This document shows positions 53,562-60,344 of a stretch of 60,344 nucleotides of DNA, piece by piece. The notes beneath the pieces were generated by a model, which searched no databases, was not told where the DNA came from, and saw only the letters and a program-made list of their open reading frames with translations. Source of the DNA: a virus. Its lineage: Duplodnaviria > Caudoviricetes. The position numbers were made by a program, and so were the translations under genes. How positions within the stretch are numbered: the stretch's first letter is position 1; each line of letters opens with the position of its first letter. The stretch is taken from positions 1-60,344 of IMG/VR virus record IMGVR_UViG_3300032219_000250, one strand, 5' to 3'.

Positions 53562-55934
53562 ATGGCTACAAGTTCAATGGATAAGGGGCTGTACTCAGCC
53601 CCAATGGGTATAGAAGAAGAGATGGGGGACAACGCCCTTGAGATTGAGATTGTCAACCCCGATCAAGTAACACTGGACGATGGCAGTGTGGAGATCACAC
53701 TTGAGCCTGACAGTGGTGGCGAAGGTGACTTCGATGCCAACCTTGCAGAAGAGATGGATGCAGGTACTCTGTCCTCAATCGCTGAAGATTTGGATGACAT
53801 GCTCACTGCCGACATCAACAGTCGCAAAGATTGGGCAGATACATTTGTCAAGGGTCTTGAAGTGTTGGGACTGAAATACGAAGAGCGCACAGAGCCGTGG
53901 AGCGGCGCGTGTGGGGTGTTCTCTCCACTGCTTGCTGAAGCGGCAATTCGCTTCCAAAGCGAGACCATCATGGAGACGTTCCCGTCCGCTGGCCCTGTGA
54001 AGACAGAGATCATGGGTGCGGTGACCAAGCTCAAGGAAGAAGCGGCAGAACGTGTTCGCATGGACATGAACTACACGCTCACTGAGAAGATGATTGAGTA
54101 CCGCTCAGAGCACGAGCGACTGCTGTTCAACTTGGGTCTGGCTGGTTCAGGTTTCAAGAAACTCTACCCCGATCCAAGCCTTGATCGTCCTGTGGCGATG
54201 TTTGTTCCCGCTGAAGAGTTGATCATGCCTTATGGTGCGTCTCAGATTGAGACTGCCGAGCGCGTTACTCACTTGATGCGCAAGACCAAGAACGATGTGA
54301 AGAAGCTCCAAGTGGCGGGGTTCTATCGTGATGTTGAGTTGGGCGATCCCGTCAACATCAGTACAGACATCGAGAAGAAGAAAGCCGAGGAGCAAGGCTA
54401 CTCAATCACGCAAGACGATGACCGCTATCAGTTCGCTGAGATGCACGTTGACTACGACGTGCCGGGTTACGAAGACCCAGACGGTATAGCACGTCCATAC
54501 GTGATTACCTTCGAGCGCGGTACCAACGAGGTTGTAGCAATCCGCCGCAACTGGAATGAGGAAGACCCACTCAAACTCAAGCGCCAGCACTTCGTGCAGT
54601 ACAACTACATTCCGGGCTTTGGTGTGTATGGCATGGGCCTCATCCACATCATCGGTGGCTACGCACGTGCGGGTACATCTATCCTGCGCCAGCTTGTTGA
54701 TGCAGGTACGCTGTCTAACTTGCCGGGTGGTCTGAAGTCTCGCGGTGCGCGTATCAAGGGTGACGACACACCTATTGCACCGGGTGAGTTCCGTGACGTG
54801 GACGTACCGAGCGGTGCGATCAAGGACAACATCATGTCCTTGCCATACAAGGAACCATCACAGGTTCTCTCTGGATTGCTTGACAAGATCATGGACGATG
54901 GTCGCCGCCTTGGTGCTATCAGTGACATGAAGATCAGCGACATGAGCGCACAAGCACCCGTGGGTACCACCCTCGCGTTGCTGGAGCGTCAACTCAAGAC
55001 TATGGGAGCGGTGCAAGCACGTGTGCACTACTCCATGAAGCAAGAGTTCAAGTTGCTCAAGGAGATCATCCGCGACTTCACACCTGATGAATACAGCTAC
55101 GAGCCTGACTATTCAGAGAACCGCGACATCAAGAAGTCCGACTACGACATGGTGGAGGTCATCCCTGTCAGCGACCCTAACTCATCCACGATGGCCCAGC
55201 GCATCATGCAGTACCAAGCGGTGTTGCAGTTGGCGCAAGGTGCTCCACAGATTTATGACTTGCCTGTGTTGCACAGACAGATGATTGAAGTGTTGGGTGT
55301 GAAGAACGCAGACAAACTTGTTCCTGTGGAAGATGACGAGAAGCCTCGTGATCCAGTCAGCGAGAACATGGCTGTCATCAAGGGCAAGCCTGTCAAGGCG
55401 TTTATCTACCAAGACCATGATGCGCACATCGCTACGCACACATCGTTTATGAAAGACCCGATGATTGCACAGCAGATGGGTCAGAACCCACAAGCGCAGA
55501 TGTTGTTTGCGTCTATGCAAGCGCACATCGCCGAGCACCTAGGGTTTTCATACCGCCGTCAGATTGAAGAGCGCCTTGGTGTGTCTATGCCCGCACCTGA
55601 TACTGAGTTGCCACCCGAGATGGAAGTGCAGTTGTCACGCCTCGTGGCACAAGCCTCTCAACAACTGTTGCAGATTCACCAAGGTCAGGCCGCACAGCAA
55701 CAAGCACAGCAAGCCGCACAAGACCCGCTGGTTCAGTTGCAACAAGCCGAGTTGCAGATCAAGCAACAAGAAGTTCAACGCAAGGCACAGAAAGATGCCG
55801 CAGACCTTCAGCTTGCACAAGAAAAACTTGGCATCGACAGAGATAAGGTGCAGGTTCAGAAGGACAAGATCGGTGTGGACGCAAACCTGCGTGTCGCACA
55901 GATCGAGGCCACATTACGACAAAAAGAGGAGTAA
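53562..55934 (+). CDS. portal protein
   Basis: 790 aa after terL; PLLAEAAIRFQ, F.L.L.GS.FKK.Y, G.YG.GL, long Gln-rich C-terminal barrel helix as in P22-like portals. Confidence 0.85.
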   Translation: MATSSMDKGLYSAPMGIEEEMGDNALEIEIVNPDQVTLDDGSVEITLEPDSGGEGDFDANLAEEMDAGTLSSIAEDLDDMLTADINSRKDWADTFVKGLEVLGLKYEERTEPWSGACGVFSPLLAEAAIRFQSETIMETFPSAGPVKTEIMGAVTKLKEEAAERVRMDMNYTLTEKMIEYRSEHERLLFNLGLAGSGFKKLYPDPSLDRPVAMFVPAEELIMPYGASQIETAERVTHLMRKTKNDVKKLQVAGFYRDVELGDPVNISTDIEKKKAEEQGYSITQDDDRYQFAEMHVDYDVPGYEDPDGIARPYVITFERGTNEVVAIRRNWNEEDPLKLKRQHFVQYNYIPGFGVYGMGLIHIIGGYARAGTSILRQLVDAGTLSNLPGGLKSRGARIKGDDTPIAPGEFRDVDVPSGAIKDNIMSLPYKEPSQVLSGLLDKIMDDGRRLGAISDMKISDMSAQAPVGTTLALLERQLKTMGAVQARVHYSMKQEFKLLKEIIRDFTPDEYSYEPDYSENRDIKKSDYDMVEVIPVSDPNSSTMAQRIMQYQAVLQLAQGAPQIYDLPVLHRQMIEVLGVKNADKLVPVEDDEKPRDPVSENMAVIKGKPVKAFIYQDHDAHIATHTSFMKDPMIAQQMGQNPQAQMLFASMQAHIAEHLGFSYRRQIEERLGVSMPAPDTELPPEMEVQLSRLVAQASQQLLQIHQGQAAQQQAQQAAQDPLVQLQQAELQIKQQEVQRKAQKDAADLQLAQEKLGIDRDKVQVQKDKIGVDANLRVAQIEATLRQKEE

Positions 55935-55937
55935 AAG

Positions 55938-56135
55938 ATGGACGAACGGATCATGCAACTGTTGCTGGGCAAGAACGAACAACGCCGTCAAGAGTTGTTG
56001 GAGCACCTTGGCACAGGCAGTGCCAAAGATTATGCCGAGTACCGCGAAATCGTAGGAGTCTTGAGAGGTCTACTCCACGCATCCCAAAACATTGAAGACC
56101 TTTTGGAACGAGTAAAGGAGAAAGAAGATGAGTGA
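55938..56135 (+). CDS. small head-module protein
   Basis: SD GAGGAG; G.AKDYAEY...VG..RGL. Confidence 0.7.
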   Translation: MDERIMQLLLGKNEQRRQELLEHLGTGSAKDYAEYREIVGVLRGLLHASQNIEDLLERVKEKEDE

Positions 56136-56535
56136 GTTTTTAGCAGAGCAAGCAATTGACCTATCTAAAATTTTGAACAAGGCCAAAGAAGAAAAGGCAC
56201 GACAACTGCCCAAACCTCAAGGCTACAAGATTTTGGTGACGTTGCCGCCTGTGGAGGAAGAAATTGGAGAAACAGGGCTGATCAAGTCTGCACAGTCTAT
56301 GCACTACGAACAACTTCTCACAAACGTGTTGTTTGTTGTGGAGTTGGGTGACATGTGCTACTCAGACAAGGAACGCTTCCCCAATGGCCCTTGGTGCAAA
56401 AAAGGTGATTTTGTGATGTGTCGTGCCAACACGGGCACACGCTTCAAGATTCACGGCACTGAGTTCCGGTTGATCAATGATGACTCGGTAGAAGCGGTGG
56501 TTCAAGACCCCCGTGGCATCGAGCGCGTGAATTAA
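56128..56535 (+). CDS. groES: GroES-like co-chaperonin
   Basis: P.GYKILV, GLI, VVELG, GPWCKKGDFV, GTRFKI.G.EFRLINDD.V.AVV. Confidence 0.85.
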   Translation: MSEFLAEQAIDLSKILNKAKEEKARQLPKPQGYKILVTLPPVEEEIGETGLIKSAQSMHYEQLLTNVLFVVELGDMCYSDKERFPNGPWCKKGDFVMCRANTGTRFKIHGTEFRLINDDSVEAVVQDPRGIERVN

Positions 56536-56544
56536 GGAAAAATC

Positions 56545-57531
56545 ATGGCTGAATACGAAAAAGACAATTTCAAGTTTCCTGACGAGAACATCGTCACCAA
56601 GGACAAAGATAAGGACGAAGAGAAGCTGGAGATCGTGATCGAAGGCGAGGAAACGTCCGTCAAAGTTGAGGTAAAAGACGACACTCCTGAAAGAGATCGA
56701 GGTCGCAAGCTGATGACCGAAGCTCCTGAAGAGGTTACGGAAGAGGAGTTGATGAAGTACAAGGATGTCAAGTTACGTGATCGCTTGGCACATCTTAATA
56801 AAGGTTACCACGAAGAACGCCGCGCCAAGGAGCGTGCAGAGCGCGAACGTGAGGAGGCACTAACTATTGCTCAACGCATCTTGCATGAGAACGAGCAACT
56901 CAAAGGTAGTGTCAACAACAATCAGAAGATGCTGATTGAGCAAGCCAAGACGGTTGCCGCCAAGGAATTGGAAGAAGCCAAGAAAAAGTACAAGGCGGCT
57001 TACGAATCTGGTGATGGGGATGCAGTTACTACTGCCCAAGATGAACTGATGTCAGCCAAGCTCAAAGCGGAGCGAATCAACAATTTTCGTCCTAGGGCTT
57101 TACAAACTCAAGAATCCCGTGTACAAACTGAACCAATGCCCCAAAACCCTGCGAGTGGGGCACCTGTTAAGGACGATAAAGCAGTAGCGTGGAAAGATCG
57201 CAACCGCTGGTTCAACCAAGATAGAGAAATGACCGGATTCGCACTCGCAGTGCATGAGCGGCTGGTCGAGGAAGAGGGAGTTGATCCCCGATCCGACACG
57301 TATTATGAGCGTATCGACGCTCGAATGCGCGAGAAGTTTCCTGAGAAATTTCAGGATGGCAACGGTGGCAATGAAAAACCCCGTCGTAGTTCGGTGGTGG
57401 CACCTGCAACGCGAAGCACAGCGCCTAAAAAGATCGTGCTGACGCCAAGTGCAGTAAGCATCGCCAAGCGGCTCGGGATTCCACTTGAGCTTTACGCGAA
57501 GAAAGTCGCAGAAGGAATGAGGAACGAATGA
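56545..57531 (+). CDS. capsid scaffolding protein
   Basis: Acidic N-terminus, long coiled coil, W..RN.WF, C-terminal IAKRLGIPLE.YAK; between portal and MCP. Confidence 0.75.
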   Translation: MAEYEKDNFKFPDENIVTKDKDKDEEKLEIVIEGEETSVKVEVKDDTPERDRGRKLMTEAPEEVTEEELMKYKDVKLRDRLAHLNKGYHEERRAKERAEREREEALTIAQRILHENEQLKGSVNNNQKMLIEQAKTVAAKELEEAKKKYKAAYESGDGDAVTTAQDELMSAKLKAERINNFRPRALQTQESRVQTEPMPQNPASGAPVKDDKAVAWKDRNRWFNQDREMTGFALAVHERLVEEEGVDPRSDTYYERIDARMREKFPEKFQDGNGGNEKPRRSSVVAPATRSTAPKKIVLTPSAVSIAKRLGIPLELYAKKVAEGMRNE

Positions 57532-57998
57532 TGGCTGAGAACAAATTGACCCAACAAAATCGTGAAGATCGTGACCAAGGCTCCCGTGCAAACACGGCGC
57601 GTCCTATGACTTGGACACCACCAACACTGCTCCCCGATCCTGCCCCTCAAGAAGGCTGGGAATTCCGTTGGATTCGTATTTCCACCCAAGGCCAAAACGA
57701 TCCCTCTAACCTCTCGTCCAAGCTCCGCGAAGGATGGGAACCTGTACGTGCCGCCGATCACCCCGAGATTCAGCTTTTTGTTGACCCCGCAAGTCAATTC
57801 AAAGATAACGTCGTCGTGGGCGGTCTGATGCTCTGCAAGACCCCATCTGAAATGGTTGCACAGCGTGATGCTTGGTTCCGCAAACAAGCGGAATCCCAGA
57901 TGCAATCTGTTGACAACAACTTCTTGCGCGAAAGCGACCCTCGTATGCCGCTCTTCAACGAGCGATCAACGAAGGTTACATTTGGCAAAGGTTTTTAA
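57528..57998 (+). CDS. head-module protein
   Basis: WTPPTLLP.P...GW.FRWIR...REGWEPV...GGLMLCK. Confidence 0.65.
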   Translation: MMAENKLTQQNREDRDQGSRANTARPMTWTPPTLLPDPAPQEGWEFRWIRISTQGQNDPSNLSSKLREGWEPVRAADHPEIQLFVDPASQFKDNVVVGGLMLCKTPSEMVAQRDAWFRKQAESQMQSVDNNFLRESDPRMPLFNERSTKVTFGKGF

Positions 57999-58013
57999 TC
58001 TAGGAGTCCTTAA

Positions 58014-58628
58014 ATGGCTTATCCCACAGTAGATAAGACGTACGGCTTAAAACCAGTCAACCGACTGGATGGTCTGCCTTACGCCGGAGCGATCCGTCAA
58101 ATCCCAATTGCATCGGGTTATGCCACTGCAATTCTCAATGGCGACACCGTAAAAGTTGACACCAACGGCTACCTCGTAGCTGGTAGCGCGACTGCCACTG
58201 GCAGTAACGTAGGTGTGTTTATGGGTTGTTCGTATGTCAACTCTAGCGGTCAACCAGTGCAAGGTCAGTACTACCCCGCATCGCAATCGACTTCTACCGC
58301 ATTGGCCTTTGGCTATGTTGTGGATGATCCGAACGCTGTGTTCAAGGTTGTAGCTACCAATGGTCAGACTACCGTTCCTACGGCTTTCACTCGTGCAATT
58401 GTTGGTTCTAACGTGGCCCTCTCGGTCACTACTGGCAACACTACCACTGGTGATTCGTACTACGGTATTGACGGCACTTCCGCCGCCACGACCAACACGT
58501 TGCCAATTCGCGTCGTTGACGTTGTGCCTGATACTGCGACTGGCCCTGCCAACGCAACTGCCACGACTTACTACGAGTTCTTGGTGAAATTCAACCTGCA
58601 CCAATATACTGACACCACTGGTGTTTAA
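58014..58628 (+). CDS. capsid decoration / cement protein
   Basis: YGLKPV, GD.V, GVF.GC.Y, VVDDP; directly upstream of MCP. Confidence 0.65.
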   Translation: MAYPTVDKTYGLKPVNRLDGLPYAGAIRQIPIASGYATAILNGDTVKVDTNGYLVAGSATATGSNVGVFMGCSYVNSSGQPVQGQYYPASQSTSTALAFGYVVDDPNAVFKVVATNGQTTVPTAFTRAIVGSNVALSVTTGNTTTGDSYYGIDGTSAATTNTLPIRVVDVVPDTATGPANATATTYYEFLVKFNLHQYTDTTGV

Positions 58629-58639
58629 GGAGTAACTAA

Positions 58640-59551
58640 ATGGCTATTTCACGCGCACAACTGCTCAAAGAATTGCTCCCCGGCCTGAACGCTTTGTTCG
58701 GTATGGAGTACGAGCGATATGGTGAAGAACACAAAGAGATTTACGAAACTGAATCTTCTGAGCGTTCTTTTGAAGAAGAAACCAAGCTGTCTGGCTTCAG
58801 CGCCGCACCTGTCAAGAATGAAGGCTCTGCCATTCAGTACGACAACGCGCAAGAAGCATGGACTGCACGCTACACACACGAAACCATCGGCATGGGCTTC
58901 TCGGTTACCGAAGAAGCTATGGAAGATAACTTGTATGACTCTTTGTCTTCGCGTTATACCAAGTCGCTGGCTCGTGCTATGGCGTACACCAAGCAGGTCA
59001 AAGCCGCTTTTGTGTTGAACAATGCGTTCAACTCCGCAGTGACTTACGGTGACGGCGTTACCTTGTGTAACACCTCCCACCCGTTGATCTCTGGTGGCGT
59101 TAACAGCAACCGTCCTACGACTGGCGCTGACCTGAACGAAACATCGTTGGAAAACGCTGTTATTCAGATCGCTGGTTGGACAGACGAACGTGGTCTGTTG
59201 ATCGCTTCTCGTCCTAGAAAGTTGATTGTTCCTCCACAATTGATGTTCGTTGCAACTCGTCTCCTTGAGACTGAATTGCGTGTTGGCACAACCGACAACG
59301 ACATCAACGCATTGAAGAACAATGGCTCGATTCCCGAAGGTTATCGCGTCAATCACTTCTTGACAGACACAAACGCATGGTTCTTGTGCACAGACGTGCC
59401 TAACGGTTTGAAGCATTTTGTCCGTACTCCGCTGTCTACCAGCATGGACGGCGACTTCGACACTGGCAACGTCCGCTACAAGGCCCGTGAGCGTTACAGC
59501 TTCGGCGTATCTGACCCACTAGGTATCTTCGGATCACCCGGTTCGTCCTGA
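58640..59551 (+). CDS. major capsid protein (Mu gpT-like HK97 fold)
   Basis: MAISRAQLLKELLPGLNALFG, SERSFEEE, ARYTHET, P.KLIVPP, ARERYSFG. Confidence 0.9.
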   Translation: MAISRAQLLKELLPGLNALFGMEYERYGEEHKEIYETESSERSFEEETKLSGFSAAPVKNEGSAIQYDNAQEAWTARYTHETIGMGFSVTEEAMEDNLYDSLSSRYTKSLARAMAYTKQVKAAFVLNNAFNSAVTYGDGVTLCNTSHPLISGGVNSNRPTTGADLNETSLENAVIQIAGWTDERGLLIASRPRKLIVPPQLMFVATRLLETELRVGTTDNDINALKNNGSIPEGYRVNHFLTDTNAWFLCTDVPNGLKHFVRTPLSTSMDGDFDTGNVRYKARERYSFGVSDPLGIFGSPGSS

Positions 59552-59553
59552 TA

Positions 59554-59586
59554 AAAAAGGGGGGAGTAATTTCCCCCCTTTTTGTT
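59554..59586 (+). terminator. intrinsic terminator after MCP
   Basis: AAAAAAGGGGGGA-GTAATT-TCCCCCCTTTTT. Confidence 0.8.
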
Positions 59587-59610
59587 TGTTTTGGTGTATA
59601 TTGGCACCAA

Positions 59611-59683
59611 CCGGGATTTCCGGTGCATCAAACTGTCCCGGCAGACGACATACCGATTGATGCACTTAACTTGTATGTAAGGA
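59611..59683 (+). ncRNA. pseudoknotted RNA, probably the Mu-gpT-DE motif
   Basis: CCGGGA/TCCCGG, GTGCATCAA/TTGATGCAC and ACATAC/GTATGT pairings; lies just downstream of a gpT-like capsid gene. Confidence 0.65.
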
Positions 59684-59689
59684 ATTATC

Positions 59690-60163
59690 ATGGGAATCGC
59701 AACTCACCTCGGCCCGTGGCTCTTGGGCACCAACCGTTACACGGTCGGTACTGCCGCCGCCGACACCCGCAACACTGGCGCAACTCAAGTCGTCCAGACC
59801 GATGTTGTCAACTTCAACGATGCTGACGCAACCAACGCCTTTGCACTTCCTGCTGGCTCGTTGATAAGCAACATCCGCTTCATCACGACCACGACTTTTG
59901 ATGCCGCATCGACCATTACGTTGTCGATTGGCGCAACCGCCATCACTGGCGCTCTGACCATAACCAGTCCCGGTGTGTATAACTTCGTTGCCGCCACAAC
60001 AGAAGCCGCCGCCGCTTTGTGGGCCAACACTGGCACTACCGACAAGTTTGTGACTTACACGATTGCTCAAGGTGCTTCCACCGCTGGTGTGGGTACCATT
60101 GTTATTGAGTACGTGGTGCGCAACTCTGACGGCACAATGTACCAACCTGCCCAACAAAACTAA
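59690..60163 (+). CDS. virion structural protein
   Basis: SD AAGGA; LPAGS.I..I......F motif; Thr/Ala-rich. Confidence 0.7.
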   Translation: MGIATHLGPWLLGTNRYTVGTAAADTRNTGATQVVQTDVVNFNDADATNAFALPAGSLISNIRFITTTTFDAASTITLSIGATAITGALTITSPGVYNFVAATTEAAAALWANTGTTDKFVTYTIAQGASTAGVGTIVIEYVVRNSDGTMYQPAQQN

Positions 60164-60170
60164 TTGATCT

Positions 60171-60193
60171 CGGGAGCTTTGGCTCCCGTTTTT
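60171..60193 (+). terminator. intrinsic terminator
   Basis: CGGGAGC-TTTG-GCTCCCG-TTTTT. Confidence 0.7.
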
Positions 60194-60207
60194 AAAGGAG
60201 ATTGATT

Positions 60208-60344
60208 ATGGGTATGCAAACTGACGTAAAACAGGGACACCTAAACCAAAGTGGTTTTTTTGTTCTTGGCAGAAATCGTGTTAAGGGCATTTCGTTCTTT
60301 GGCAGCGGCTCGGATGCCACTTTGGTGTTGTTTGACACAACCAC
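60208..60344 (+). CDS. 5' part of a structural protein continuing at position 1
   Basis: SD AAGGAG; MGMQTDVKQGHLNQSGFFVLGRNRVKGISF... open to the window end. Confidence 0.75.
   Translation, partial: MGMQTDVKQGHLNQSGFFVLGRNRVKGISFFGSGSDATLVLFDTT

Overview
The window looks like an essentially complete, circularly permuted genome of a tailed dsDNA bacteriophage (podovirus-like gene order). The ORF opened at 60208 runs off the right end and continues in frame at base 1. The + strand carries packaging and head genes (terS, terL, portal, GroES-like co-chaperonin, scaffold, Mu gpT-like major capsid; 50.9-60.3 kb). It then continues with a glycosyltransferase, a cluster of small basic proteins, neck/tail genes, a tail fibre, holin plus M15 endolysin and four large internal/ejection proteins ending in a 2297-aa polyvalent protein (0-29.8 kb). 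The - strand (50.5 to 29.9 kb) carries early genes, an AAA/VWA-metallopeptidase module and a replication module (family A polymerase, PD-(D/E)XK nuclease, SNF2-like helicase, SSB-like protein, primase-helicase). I see no integrase, CRISPR array or rRNA. The most interesting signals are non-coding. (1) An ~80-nt promoter/terminator-bounded small RNA at the convergence point has an unpaired core complementary to the SD/start-codon regions of several replication genes. (2) Twelve copies of a 16-bp palindrome, CTAGG-N6-CCTAG, appear confined to the early region. (3) A promoter-driven structured RNA ends in a tRNA-like fold just upstream of the helicase. (4) An H-type pseudoknot follows a tail-assembly gene stop codon. 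There is also an acidic DNA-mimic-like gene between repeated hairpins, an amber-interrupted hidden gene and a shared C-terminal peptide tag on several small proteins. All product calls come from motif recognition by eye and gene order, not from database searches.
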